A DNA stretch of 64,000 bases, taken from the sequence record DRR723986_10959. One strand, written 5' to 3'. The notes below the pieces were generated by a model that saw only the letters and a program-made list of their open reading frames with translations, did no database searches and was not told the origin of the DNA. A program made the translations under genes and the position numbers. Of the stretch, positions 16,904 through 27,298 are shown in pieces; the stretch's first letter is position 1, and each line of letters starts with the position of its first letter.

Positions 16904-17560
16904 TTATTTTCCGGGACATTTAATAATTTCATCAGGAGCCTTCATCATACAGTGTGCTGGACCAATCCAATCGTCAACTTTAATGTTGTTATCAATAGGC
17001 TCGGTCACAACTTTAATTTTCTTTTTCTTGATGAATTCACCTGAGGGTTTAAACTCTTCCCAAACGCCTTCTTTCACATTCTTATTAAACGTACCACGTC
17101 TCAGCACATTTGCGCAATCACAATAGTAAAAAACCGGACCTGTTTTCATCCCATCCACATATTGAACAGACTCTTGCCTGAAGTTGACCACTAAATCTCG
17201 ATTAAATGGGGTATTCACAACTCCTGTTCCATTAACTAAGCTTCCCCCGTAAACCTTTTCTCCTTTAGGATTCCAAAAACCAATTAATTCATTTGGTTTT
17301 CCATCTGAATAAACAACTAATCCCAAATGAAAGCCATCATAAAAAGTTTCGAAGGTTTGACCCGTTGTCATGATTAGATCATAATCAGCTTTAATTGATT
17401 CTCTAACTTTTATTTGCTCTTTAGATGCCATAGAATGAAAGGCAGTCAGTATAGAATCTCCACCATAATAGGTGCTTCGGGTTTCAAAAAGTTGTGCATT
17501 ACTGCAAAAGGATGTCAGCAAAAAAGCGGCTGACATTAACAGGTTAAATCTCTTTTTCAT
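16904..17560 (-). CDS. Secreted hypothetical protein with MORN/YwqK-like repeats
   Basis: Signal peptide ending SNA-Q; YVDGMKTGPVFYY and GTFNKNVKEGVWEEF repeats; Cys-containing segments. Confidence 0.6.
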   Translation of the reverse strand: MKKRFNLLMSAAFLLTSFCSNAQLFETRSTYYGGDSILTAFHSMASKEQIKVRESIKADYDLIMTTGQTFETFYDGFHLGLVVYSDGKPNELIGFWNPKGEKVYGGSLVNGTGVVNTPFNRDLVVNFRQESVQYVDGMKTGPVFYYCDCANVLRRGTFNKNVKEGVWEEFKPSGEFIKKKKIKVVTEPIDNNIKVDDWIGPAHCMMKAPDEIIKCPGK

Positions 17561-17744
17561 AATATTTAGTTTAACGGTTTAACAAAACGAACTGCTAACT
17601 AAATTCATGGATGAAATGAAGAAATAATGATCTTCAAAATTTGGGTGCCCAATTCAGATTTTTGATGCTTTTGAATTGAACATCATGAGATACAAACGGT
17701 GCTAAAAATGGTTCAATAAAAATTATGTAAAAAGACTCAAACCC

Positions 17745-18707
17745 TTATAATTGGGACATTACCAATTGTAATTTTTCTAAATTATAATCATTGATTTTGT
17801 GATGTGTTGGCATCCATCCAAGTAGAAAACGGGTAAAATCTGCGCAAGCAAAAGGGTACAATCCCCTCCACTCCTTCTCTATCAAATCCGCCTTAAAAGG
17901 GGTGGTCACTTGACCTCTCATAATTTCAAAATAGTAATTCAACAATTCTTCTTCATGCAGTTCCAAATCTTTGCTAGACAGACAACTCCCTAAAAAATAT
18001 GCGACATCTTTCATACCACAACCACCACCAACATACTGAAAATCTACAGCAGCAACAGACTCATTGTTGTTTGAAAAACAAAAGTTGGCTAATTTGGCAT
18101 CTCCGTGCACCAGCGTTTTAAAATCCGCTTGATTTAAGACATCATCTATCGAAGCTGCCTTGGCCTTTAATTCAGGATGATTCATTGCTTCAAATTCATC
18201 TGGCCGTGTAGCCAAATGCCAATAAGTTCCGATCTCCCATAATCCTTTCGGTTCAGCATTCATGAATTGAGCATGAAACCCCGCCAACCATTTCAAACAC
18301 CACTTCACTTCTTTTATTGAAACTTGTGTTTTTTGAATCGGATAATTGAGGTCTAAATCTTCAAGAATAATCCATTGATTACCATCTTTCTCGAATGCAC
18401 CAATCATTGATGGAACGCTGCAAGAGTCGTTGCACTGGCTGCTAAAGTTCTTATAAAAACTAGTCTCAACCTGATAGGATATTAACTTTCGTTGATGCGA
18501 AAAAGTGGTATTCCACCCTCTTGGGTGTTCAACAATCTTATTTGGGGCAATACATTTTACAACGACAGTGTCAAATGATGAATCGAACAGCTTAAATCGA
18601 GCAATTTCACCATAACCGCTCCAAAGTGATTGGATGACTTCGGTTTTGATACACTTGCTGGATTTTGTAATGGCCAACAAATAACGCAGAAATTCATCAT
18701 TGATCAT
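17745..18707 (-). CDS. APH/choline kinase-like (EcKinase-type) phosphotransferase
   Basis: IILEDL, LAGFHA, LVHGDAKLANF, VDFQYVG. Confidence 0.8.
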   Translation of the reverse strand: MINDEFLRYLLAITKSSKCIKTEVIQSLWSGYGEIARFKLFDSSFDTVVVKCIAPNKIVEHPRGWNTTFSHQRKLISYQVETSFYKNFSSQCNDSCSVPSMIGAFEKDGNQWIILEDLDLNYPIQKTQVSIKEVKWCLKWLAGFHAQFMNAEPKGLWEIGTYWHLATRPDEFEAMNHPELKAKAASIDDVLNQADFKTLVHGDAKLANFCFSNNNESVAAVDFQYVGGGCGMKDVAYFLGSCLSSKDLELHEEELLNYYFEIMRGQVTTPFKADLIEKEWRGLYPFACADFTRFLLGWMPTHHKINDYNLEKLQLVMSQL

Positions 18708-18711
18708 AAAT

Positions 18712-21700
18712 TTATTCTCTAAACAAATCGAAATCTGTGGCTTCTACTGATTTTTTATAGTTACTCCATTCGTTTGCCATAAACTCGTCTACTCTTGATT
18801 TCACTTCATTATACGCAGATTCTGCTTTTGCATAGTAATTTTCAAAGGCTTGTTGGTTTCCAGCCAAGGAACCCCAGGCTGTCCATAATGAATTATTGAT
18901 TTTGGCCGTTACGATATCACTATTTCTGAAAATTCCTTTGACATTTTGCTTACCAATGATTTCGTCTAAGAAAGTCTGCATTTGTTTATCTAATTCCTTA
19001 CCTGTTTTCACTAAACTCTTTTCACTTGAATCTTTTTCAGTTGGCAACAAACCATTCACTCTTTTTATGGTCGCTTTATTCTCCCTTAGGCCATCTGCCA
19101 TCTCTGTTACCTTAGCCATTAATCCTTCAACTTGATCAAAGCGGTCTTGTCGTTTTTGAAGATCGCTCAATGTAACAGTTAATCGAGGGTCTGACTTAAC
19201 TACAACTTTCTGAGAACTTTTTAAATCTCCTACTGATATCTCAACAGTATATTCTCCTGGCAGCACCGGTCTTCTTCCAAATTCTTTTTCCTTCTTAGGC
19301 TTAGGAACATCTGCTTGTCGAACACTTTTTTGATCCAACCACCATACTAAATAATTTATTCCATCTTTCAAATCAACTTTTCTTGTTCTTATGGTATCCC
19401 CATTAGAATTGAAAACTCTCATTTTCCCTTCAGTAGACTCTTCTTTGCCACTGGCATTAAAGTAAGTGTAAATACGAGCTCCCGTTGGCCTGTTTTCTCC
19501 TTCATAATAAGCATCACCGGTAAAAGTCAAGCCCAAACGTTTATTACTTGCCATATATGCATCTGGAATTTCAAAAGTTACCAAAGAATCATTTTTCCAT
19601 GATTGTTCCCCTTTCTTCACCATTGCTCTGAACGGATCTATGTTATCCAACACGTAAGCTGCCCTTCCAAAGGTTCCTATAATCAAATCACTCTCACGCT
19701 CCTGAATTTTCATATCCATGGTACTTACATTAGGATATCCTCCATCCCAATGATTCCAATTTTCACCTTTATCAAATGATATGTAAAGACCATGCTCTGT
19801 CCCAGCAAAAACTAGCTTTGGTTCTATTGGGTCTTGAATTACACTTAAACAATATCCCGGAAAATCTTCTTCGTTAGCAATGCGCTTAAACGATTTCCCC
19901 ATATCAGTAGTGTGATATAAATAAGGTTGCCAATCATTTCTTCGATAATCATTCACTACCACGAATGCTTCGTTGACATCATGGTTCGAAGGATGGATCT
20001 GCGGAATCCAAGCTCCTTTCGGCATCCCAGGCAATTTACCTTCCAATGACTTCCAAGTTTTACCGCCATCTTGAGTAAGACTCAATCTACCGTCATCAGA
20101 CCCCACCCAAATAACCTGGTTGTCTTTTTTACTTGGATTGATACATGTCAAGGTGGTATAATTTTCTGCTCCCGTCACATCAAAGGTTAAACCGCCACTT
20201 TTTAACTGCTGTTGTTTGGATGTATCGTTGGTGGTTAAATCAGGTGATATGGTTGTCCAACTATCTCCTTTATCTGTACTTTTGTGAACAAACTGAGATC
20301 CAAAATAAATGGTATTATTATCGGTAGGATCTTGAGCTATTGGTGCATTCCAATTGAATCTTAATTCAATCGTATCCGCAATAGTTGGACGTATTCCTTT
20401 GCTATAGCCTGTTTTCAAATCATAGCGTTGCACATATCCTTGTTGACTCATAGAATACCCATACCTGCTCGCATCATCTGGATCAGGCACCACATCAAAC
20501 CCATCTCCTCCACTCAATCCTTCAAAATAAACGTTACGAATTCCATTTCTACTCCATAAATAACCTGGTCCTCTCCATGAACCGTTATCTTGCATTCCTC
20601 CATAAACATTATAAGGTAATTCATTATCTACGTTGATGTGATAATATTGCGCTAAGGGCAAATTTTCAATATGTCTCCAAGTATCGGCTCTATCTCTTGA
20701 TATTGCCATTCCACCATCATTACCTAGAATAATGTAAGATGGATCATTAGGATGGATCCAAAAAGCATGATTATCTGGATGAACACTGTAATAAGGAATG
20801 ATCACTTTCCAAGTTTTACCGCCATCTTCTGATTGTGAAACTCTTGACCACAAACTATAAACACGATTTTCATTTTCAGGATCAACAAATATGTCGCTGT
20901 AATAAAATGGTCGATTAAATGCATTCTCATCTTTAGAAACAGAGACCCAATTAAAACCGCCATCATCACTTCGATACACTTCATTTTTCTCAGCCTCAAT
21001 GAGGGCATAAACACGTTCAGAATTTGATGGAGCAATTGCCAAGCCCATTCTTCCTAAATTTCCTTTCGGCAATCCGTCTTTTTCGGTTCTTTCCACCCAA
21101 GTCTCACCACCATCATGTGTAATAAACATTCCTGAGCCTTCTCCCCCAGAGTTAAAGGTCCATGGATTTCTTCTAAACTCCCACATGCTGGCAATTAATT
21201 TATTGGGATTGTTAGGATCAATTACTAAATCAGCAATTCCCACCCCTGCAGCACCTTTAAGGACATGCTTCCAGGTTTTTCCACCATCTGTAGTTTTATA
21301 GACCCCTCTGTTCTCATTATCTCCCCAGGCTGGACCTTGAGCTCCTACCCAAACCGTATTTGGGTCAGATGGATGCACGATTACTCGGTGAATATTTCGG
21401 GTGTTCTCTAACCCCATTAGCTCCCAATTTTTGCCGCCATCTAGTGTACGATACAATCCAAATCCGCTACTCTGACTGTTTCTCGGGTTCCCCTCTCCTG
21501 TTCCTACCCATATCACTGATGGATTGGATTGTTGTATAGCTAATGAACCAATATTTAAGGTTCCAATGGTATCCGCTATCGGTTCCCAAGTTGCACCTCC
21601 ACTTGTAGATTTCCAAACGCCACCAGATGCAGTTCCAATAAAAATTGTGTTTGGATCTGATTCAATAACATCAATGCAGGTTACACGGCCGCTCATTCCA

Positions 21701-21810
21701 GCTGGTCCAATAGAACGTGCTTTCATCTCCCCAAAAATGGACATATCTACTTTTTGAGAGAATGAGATACTGCTTATTAAAAGACAAAGGAGTAATTGGA
21801 AAAATTTCAT
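18712..21810 (-). CDS. Secreted VPS10/sortilin-like BNR (Asp-box) repeat beta-propeller protein
   Basis: Signal peptide; about 10 Asp-box repeats (STSGGATW, TLDGGKNW, TTDGGKTW, SDDGGFNW etc.); IGPAGMSGR, GGMQDNGSW. Confidence 0.85.
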   Translation of the reverse strand: MKFFQLLLCLLISSISFSQKVDMSIFGEMKARSIGPAGMSGRVTCIDVIESDPNTIFIGTASGGVWKSTSGGATWEPIADTIGTLNIGSLAIQQSNPSVIWVGTGEGNPRNSQSSGFGLYRTLDGGKNWELMGLENTRNIHRVIVHPSDPNTVWVGAQGPAWGDNENRGVYKTTDGGKTWKHVLKGAAGVGIADLVIDPNNPNKLIASMWEFRRNPWTFNSGGEGSGMFITHDGGETWVERTEKDGLPKGNLGRMGLAIAPSNSERVYALIEAEKNEVYRSDDGGFNWVSVSKDENAFNRPFYYSDIFVDPENENRVYSLWSRVSQSEDGGKTWKVIIPYYSVHPDNHAFWIHPNDPSYIILGNDGGMAISRDRADTWRHIENLPLAQYYHINVDNELPYNVYGGMQDNGSWRGPGYLWSRNGIRNVYFEGLSGGDGFDVVPDPDDASRYGYSMSQQGYVQRYDLKTGYSKGIRPTIADTIELRFNWNAPIAQDPTDNNTIYFGSQFVHKSTDKGDSWTTISPDLTTNDTSKQQQLKSGGLTFDVTGAENYTTLTCINPSKKDNQVIWVGSDDGRLSLTQDGGKTWKSLEGKLPGMPKGAWIPQIHPSNHDVNEAFVVVNDYRRNDWQPYLYHTTDMGKSFKRIANEEDFPGYCLSVIQDPIEPKLVFAGTEHGLYISFDKGENWNHWDGGYPNVSTMDMKIQERESDLIIGTFGRAAYVLDNIDPFRAMVKKGEQSWKNDSLVTFEIPDAYMASNKRLGLTFTGDAYYEGENRPTGARIYTYFNASGKEESTEGKMRVFNSNGDTIRTRKVDLKDGINYLVWWLDQKSVRQADVPKPKKEKEFGRRPVLPGEYTVEISVGDLKSSQKVVVKSDPRLTVTLSDLQKRQDRFDQVEGLMAKVTEMADGLRENKATIKRVNGLLPTEKDSSEKSLVKTGKELDKQMQTFLDEIIGKQNVKGIFRNSDIVTAKINNSLWTAWGSLAGNQQAFENYYAKAESAYNEVKSRVDEFMANEWSNYKKSVEATDFDLFRE

Positions 21811-21944
21811 AAACGTTAATTTGCTGCAATTTACTTATTCTCTCTTCAACATTTATTTGAAGAATGATAAGCGGGCATACCGAAGGTTCAATAGAATTTA
21901 TTCGGTAAAAACATCCAAAACAGAATTTCAATCGTAACTAATAC

Positions 21945-22637
21945 ATGACCACTCAAAAACTACTTTTACCGACATTATTAATTGCAACAGCCTTGTGCTT
22001 GAGCTGGGCCTGTTCTAAAACTCAAGATGACAAAGCCATAACTTATTTGGCACTTGGTGACTCTTATACGATTTGTGAATCTGTAGAGCCTGAATTACGT
22101 TGGCCAATTCAGTTGCAAGAACAACTCAACAAATCGGACATCAGGGTATCTACACCTAAAATCATTGCTCGAACTGGCTGGAGAACAGATAATCTCATGG
22201 CAACGGCAAAATCGGAACTAAAGAAAGAGAAATTTGACTTGGTCTCTTTGTTAATTGGAGTCAATAATGAATTTCAGGGCCAGTCGCCGCAAAGTTTTGA
22301 GCCACAATTCAAAGAGACTCTAGATTTCGCGATTAAACAGTGTAAACATGGCAAAAATGGAGTGTTTGTTGTCAGCATCCCAGATTATGGATACACTCCA
22401 TACGGCTCTTCTAATCAACCAAAAATCAGTAAACGATTAGATGCTTACAATGAAATCTGCGAAAGAATCGCAAAAGAAAAGGATGTTGCATTTTATAATA
22501 TCACTGACATCTCTAGAAAAGGCTTGTCAGACAAAAACCTTGTTGCAAAAGATGGCTTACACCCTTCTGCAAAGCAGTACCAACTTTGGGTAGACCGCTT
22601 TGCAGATGATGTGAAGAAGTTAGTTGACGACCTTTAG
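21945..22637 (+). CDS. SGNH/GDSL hydrolase, probable lipoprotein
   Basis: LALGDSYT, IGVNN, DGLHPS; lipobox-like SWAC. Confidence 0.88.
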   Translation: MTTQKLLLPTLLIATALCLSWACSKTQDDKAITYLALGDSYTICESVEPELRWPIQLQEQLNKSDIRVSTPKIIARTGWRTDNLMATAKSELKKEKFDLVSLLIGVNNEFQGQSPQSFEPQFKETLDFAIKQCKHGKNGVFVVSIPDYGYTPYGSSNQPKISKRLDAYNEICERIAKEKDVAFYNITDISRKGLSDKNLVAKDGLHPSAKQYQLWVDRFADDVKKLVDDL

Positions 22638-23950
22638 AATATGGCGTGATTCAGACCTATTGAAAACGAATATCCTTGTCGCAAATTAAATATTTCACTT
22701 TCGTTAAATAAGTTAGTTTCTGGGAGATCTTCAAATTCTGAAGAACGATACGAGTACCCTCCTCTTATATTGAATCTCGTTTCTGGACTTATATAATAAT
22801 AATACTTTAATGAGACACTGGCGTTAGTTCCTGCAGAAATGTCCAAAGCATTTACATAAGAACCTGTTCCCGTGAGCACTAAACTGGTTCTTGTTGTAGG
22901 GTACCAACCAAATGAATATGTTGCACTAAATGAAACAACATCTTCATGTGTAGAAAGGAGACCTGATTTTCTTACCCTATGACCATAGCTACCTTCGAAA
23001 GAAATATCACTTTGGATAGCATAGGAAACCGGAAGGTAGTAATCTACTTTCATCAATACTTTGCTATGATTAGACCACTCATTATTATCAGGATCGAGAA
23101 TACTATAATTTGGAGATGCACTAACTCCTAGTTCTGCTCTAAACCCTGATAATCTGCCAAACGGATTGGCATAAAACATAGCATCATTTAACCTAGAAAA
23201 ATAAGACATGCCCCTCTCATTCACTATACCAAATTCACTCATGGTACTGTCTATCATTTCAAGTTGTTTAATTCGAAAGAGTCTTGAATCCAAAAATCTG
23301 CTATTTCTTAATTTACCAATTCGGTCTGCAAGTACTTTTAATTGATCAGGTGTGAAAGCTTGTGACAATTGACCTGTTTTAGACAATAGCCGATCGATAT
23401 CCATAGCCTGCCTAGCAAAATAAGCAAACTCCACACGGCCTAAACCTAAAGTTATTTCTGGGGTGGAATTTACTCTCATTTTAAAATATTTATCGGAGGG
23501 TCCAATTTCTGTATTATACGCAGGTTCGACTAAAGTATAATTATGGAATCCAAAAAATAATTTAGGCCTTAAGTAAAAACGATTCTCACCTGAATAAGAT
23601 GCCCTTAATCCTAGTGCTCTATATCCTGTGCCGTTAAATAGACGATAGGCGAAATTCAGACCAAGTGCAGAAGAGCTGTAGCCTTGATATTTTGGTGAAT
23701 TAATTACATTCTTAAATGATGATCCAAATCCAAATCGGCCTTCATGCCATTCTTGATAATAGTTTGAATTTACTGAATTAGAAGCATTTTGTGAACCACC
23801 AGCATACCCACCGCCTCCAACTGTTAGCTGGCGCATCCGAAATTCAGGTGATTTATAATCTTTTAAAAAGTCTTTCTTATCCGTTTGGGAAAAAGAAATT
23901 GTAGAGGATACAAGCGAGCATCCAAGCAGCAATAATTTTACTGTTTTCAT
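22634..23950 (-). CDS. Hypothetical secreted, probable outer-membrane beta-barrel protein
   Basis: Signal peptide, alternating aromatic/Gly-rich strands, C-terminal Phe. Confidence 0.55.
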   Translation of the reverse strand: MKTVKLLLLGCSLVSSTISFSQTDKKDFLKDYKSPEFRMRQLTVGGGGYAGGSQNASNSVNSNYYQEWHEGRFGFGSSFKNVINSPKYQGYSSSALGLNFAYRLFNGTGYRALGLRASYSGENRFYLRPKLFFGFHNYTLVEPAYNTEIGPSDKYFKMRVNSTPEITLGLGRVEFAYFARQAMDIDRLLSKTGQLSQAFTPDQLKVLADRIGKLRNSRFLDSRLFRIKQLEMIDSTMSEFGIVNERGMSYFSRLNDAMFYANPFGRLSGFRAELGVSASPNYSILDPDNNEWSNHSKVLMKVDYYLPVSYAIQSDISFEGSYGHRVRKSGLLSTHEDVVSFSATYSFGWYPTTRTSLVLTGTGSYVNALDISAGTNASVSLKYYYYISPETRFNIRGGYSYRSSEFEDLPETNLFNESEIFNLRQGYSFSIGLNHAIF

Positions 23951-24052
23951 AATTGCGATCTGTTTTGAGTTAAAAAATTTAACAGTTTTTTAACAAAAGC
24001 TATGCCAAAACGAGAATCGCAATAATAGCCTTAGTTGCAAGCATTAAAAGAT

Positions 24053-25084
24053 TTAGGAAGATTTATTCAGTCTTAAAAGTTGACTACCAATTTCTTTTAT
24101 TGAAGTCACGTTCAAAGGAAACTCGAGTATTACATGTAAGTAACTCAAAAACAACAGTAATAGAAATCCGACATAGAAACTGTACCAATAAAGCAGCAAA
24201 GAAGCAATCCAGAACACGAGAATTACCAGTAGCTTCTTCTTAGAAATACTTTTATGCCAGCCAATCACAGTTGTTTTTGAAAACCAGTTCAAGTAATGAT
24301 AAGTATAGGCAAATGCAATGAAGATTTGAATTTTTATTCCGATTTCAGAAATTATAGGATAATACTGACCGGGTTGTTCCATAGCTCCAACGACCCATCC
24401 AACCGAATAATTTAAATTCGAGAATCCAGAAGCATCAAAGGCTTGTTTATAGTAAAGTGCAATGTCAAATCCTCTTGGATTAACTTGTAAAAAAATGATG
24501 ATTACTGGTACCAGCAGCAAACAAAAAGAACCTAATAACCCCAATTTACTTTTTCCTTTTAAGGCACCGTACAACATGAATAAAAAAGTAAACACAAAAA
24601 CGTGGATCAATGAAGGTAAAAGTGAACCTACAATTAATAGATAAGGCCTGTAAGCTAGTAGCAATTCACCGAGAATGAAGAATCCAATAAAACAGGTCAA
24701 GTACACCCACCATTTCTTGCTCATCACCATAGCAATTGCCGTAAAAAATGTAGCAAACAGTAAAGGAATAGAATGCAAAATCATTTTTGACATTAAAGAT
24801 TCTTTATCAAAATACACCTTGGTTTGAGGTAGTTTAGTCAATAAAATGGGTGTCGTAATGATGACAGTGATTATCACAAACCACCAAATCATTTTTTTAT
24901 GCGGAACAAAAAAAGATTTTTTTTCAAGCCAGTTAATTTCGGTTAAGTAATGCAAAGGGCCTAAAATGGCGTAGGCTAAAATGAACAATTCAAAGGGAAA
25001 AACAATAGCAGCAACCAAAGCCACAGCCATTAAAAAAATATTTAAGGTATCTACTTTTAATGCTTGATTGGTAGCCAAATTCAT
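24053..25084 (-). CDS. Polytopic membrane protein with His-containing motifs, function unknown
   Basis: About 9 hydrophobic helices; GPLHYLTEI, LIHVF, YTYHYLNWF, YLHVILEFP; start moved to ATG 25084 because the longer start lies inside the folE terminator. Confidence 0.65.
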   Translation of the reverse strand: MNLATNQALKVDTLNIFLMAVALVAAIVFPFELFILAYAILGPLHYLTEINWLEKKSFFVPHKKMIWWFVIITVIITTPILLTKLPQTKVYFDKESLMSKMILHSIPLLFATFFTAIAMVMSKKWWVYLTCFIGFFILGELLLAYRPYLLIVGSLLPSLIHVFVFTFLFMLYGALKGKSKLGLLGSFCLLLVPVIIIFLQVNPRGFDIALYYKQAFDASGFSNLNYSVGWVVGAMEQPGQYYPIISEIGIKIQIFIAFAYTYHYLNWFSKTTVIGWHKSISKKKLLVILVFWIASLLLYWYSFYVGFLLLLFLSYLHVILEFPLNVTSIKEIGSQLLRLNKSS

Positions 25085-25096
25085 TATTTTGAAGGT

Positions 25097-25132
25097 AAAA
25101 AAAATCCCGTTAAGACAGTGGTCAAAACGGGA
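25097..25132 (-). terminator. Rho-independent terminator after folE
   Basis: tcccgtt...aacggga stem with inner gac/gtc pairing, followed by 8 U on the minus strand. Confidence 0.65.
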
Positions 25133-25154
25133 CATTTAAAAATATTTAATAATC

Positions 25155-25841
25155 TTAATCCAATTTCATGGAGATATAATTCAAAAACTCTTGCTTAACT
25201 GCAGCTTCTTGGAATTTCCCACCAAATTCTCCTGTTACGGTGCTACTTTGGATATCTCTAATCCCTCTTGAATTTACACATAAATGTTTTGCATCAATCA
25301 CACAGGCCACATCTTCAGTTCCTAAAAACTTTTGTAAATGCTTCACCACTTGAATTGTCATTCGTTCTTGAACTTGTGGGCGTTTTGCATAATAGTCTAC
25401 GATTCGGTTCATTTTTGATAAACCAATCACATTACCGTTTGAGAAATACGCCACGTGTGCTTTTCCTACAATTGGTAAAAAGTGATGCTCACAGGTTGAA
25501 TACACCGTAATATCTTTCTCAACTAACATTTCTGTATAGTTGTATTTGTTCTCAAAATTTGAATTTTTCGGTGCAGCTGCCGGATTCAATCCTCCGAATA
25601 TTTCTTTGACAAACATTTTTGAGACTCTTTTTGGAGTACCTTTTAAGCTGTCGTCATTCAAATCAAGACCTAGGGCATCCATTATTTCTGCAAACTTCTC
25701 TTCAATAATCGCCATTTTTTCTTCGTCTGATTTCTCAAACGCATCAGCTCTTAAAGGCGTATCACCTGAAGAGAACAAGTGCATGTCCCCTACTTGCTCA
25801 ATGTCCATTCCTTCTATATCTTTTATTAGGTCTTCTTTCAT
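25155..25841 (-). CDS. folE: GTP cyclohydrolase I
   Basis: DSLKGTPKRV, STCEHHFLP, GLSKMNR, RPQVQER, HLCVNSRG; ATG 25841 chosen because a TAAATTTG promoter element overlaps the TTG at 25853. Confidence 0.95.
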   Translation of the reverse strand: MKEDLIKDIEGMDIEQVGDMHLFSSGDTPLRADAFEKSDEEKMAIIEEKFAEIMDALGLDLNDDSLKGTPKRVSKMFVKEIFGGLNPAAAPKNSNFENKYNYTEMLVEKDITVYSTCEHHFLPIVGKAHVAYFSNGNVIGLSKMNRIVDYYAKRPQVQERMTIQVVKHLQKFLGTEDVACVIDAKHLCVNSRGIRDIQSSTVTGEFGGKFQEAAVKQEFLNYISMKLD

Positions 25842-25850
25842 TTCGTCCGG

Positions 25851-25858
25851 CAAATTTA
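25851..25858 (-). promoter_or_regulatory. -7 promoter element for folE
   Basis: TAAATTTG on the minus strand. Confidence 0.55.
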
Positions 25859-25966
25859 GTAATATCTCGTATTTATAACCATTATAAACAACGATTGTTT
25901 AATTTTATCCTAAAAGCTTGGACGTGATTGTGAATCATGAATTACAATTCCACGACCATATAATAA

Positions 25967-26413
25967 ATGGATAAAACAGTTTTATATCAGCACTGTGTGC
26001 AATGGGCGCAAGAGAAAATTGACAGTATTCAATCAGCTATTACTTCGGCCCAAGATGCTGCAAACACTGAAACCAAAAGTACGGCTGGTGATAAACATGA
26101 TACTGCAAGAGCAATGATGCAATTAGATGTTGAACAAAAATCTAAACAACTCGCAGCTGCCCAAAAAAATAAAATGGCCCTTGCTCAATTTACTCCTGAA
26201 TCTGGATCAAAAAAAGTTAGTCTTGGAAGTTTAGTGAGTACAAGTTCAGGCATTTATTATATATCCATAAGCGTTGGTAAAATTGAAATTGATCAGCAAA
26301 TTGTTTTTGCCGTTTCACCTGTCAGCCCTATAGCCAAAGCTATGCAAGGATTAAAAGCTCAAGATGAATTCAATTTTAATGGTAGGCAATTTACTATCAA
26401 TGATGTAGAATAA
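25967..26413 (+). CDS. GreA/GreB-like protein (Bacteroidota family)
   Basis: ETKSTAGDKHDTARAM, VSLGSLV, VSPVSPIAKAMQG. Confidence 0.75.
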   Translation: MDKTVLYQHCVQWAQEKIDSIQSAITSAQDAANTETKSTAGDKHDTARAMMQLDVEQKSKQLAAAQKNKMALAQFTPESGSKKVSLGSLVSTSSGIYYISISVGKIEIDQQIVFAVSPVSPIAKAMQGLKAQDEFNFNGRQFTINDVE

Positions 26414-27298
26414 ATGAATGCCATATCCTTTTTAATAGCTGCAGCTCTTGGTCTCATTGTTATGTGGGCTTTAGATTTTTTCTCTCCTTCAAAGTTGAAA
26501 AAACCAAAAGAACCTTTTCCTGAAATGTGGCGAATTATCTTGAATGATAGCGTTGGGTTTTATCATGGGTTAAACGACAGCGACAAAGAACATTTCGAAT
26601 ACAAAGTCCATTTTTTTCTTCTCAACGTTCGAGTAACCGGCATCCAAATCAACATCACTCAAAAAGATAAAATTTTACTCGCGGCCAGTGCTATTATTCC
26701 CATTTTTCATTTTAAAAACTGGTGGTATACTAACTTAAACGAAGTGTTAGTTTATGAAGATACCTTCAATAATCAATTCGAAACTAAAGGTCCAGGAAGA
26801 AGTATTCTTGGTATGGTAGGAGGAGATTATTTGAAGGGTAAAATGGCCATTTCTATCAGAACGCTTCATCATGGTTTCAGAAATGAACAGGATAAGAACA
26901 ATACCGCGGTTCATGAAATGGCGCACCTTTTAGATTACATGGATGGATCTATTGATGGCATTCCCCATGTATTAATTGGAAAAGAATTCGTTATTCCTTG
27001 GATTGATTTGATGGATAAAGAAATTCAGAGAATTCGAGAAGGGAAATCAGACATTAGACCATATGGAGGAACCAGTAGGACTGAATTTTTTGCAGTTGCA
27101 TCAGAGTACTTTTTTGAAAGGCCAAAACTGTTTGAGAAAAAGCATCCAGAATTATATCAACTTATGTGTGAGATATTTGATCAGAAAATGGCCAAAAGAA
27201 ATCTCGGATGGAAAAGGAATCGCATCAGAAAAAATGCACCCTGCCCTTGTGATAGCAAGAAAACATTCAGAGCCTGCTGTGGGCACGAACATTTTTAA
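26414..27298 (+). CDS. M90 (MtfA-like) zinc peptidase with C-terminal SEC-C motif
   Basis: HEMAH, EFFAVASEYFFERP, HPELY; C-terminal CPCDSKKTFRACC. Confidence 0.85.
   Translation: MNAISFLIAAALGLIVMWALDFFSPSKLKKPKEPFPEMWRIILNDSVGFYHGLNDSDKEHFEYKVHFFLLNVRVTGIQINITQKDKILLAASAIIPIFHFKNWWYTNLNEVLVYEDTFNNQFETKGPGRSILGMVGGDYLKGKMAISIRTLHHGFRNEQDKNNTAVHEMAHLLDYMDGSIDGIPHVLIGKEFVIPWIDLMDKEIQRIREGKSDIRPYGGTSRTEFFAVASEYFFERPKLFEKKHPELYQLMCEIFDQKMAKRNLGWKRNRIRKNAPCPCDSKKTFRACCGHEHF

Noticed and set aside
16656-17126. 156-aa plus-strand ORF
   Set aside because: Antisense shadow spanning two better-supported minus-strand genes, with no recognisable motifs. The other short antisense ORFs in the track (e.g. 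4979-5479, 34949-35485) were rejected likewise.
17512-17536. Inverted repeat tgtcagc...gctgaca
   Set aside because: Short, lies within a signal-peptide coding region, and is compatible with chance.
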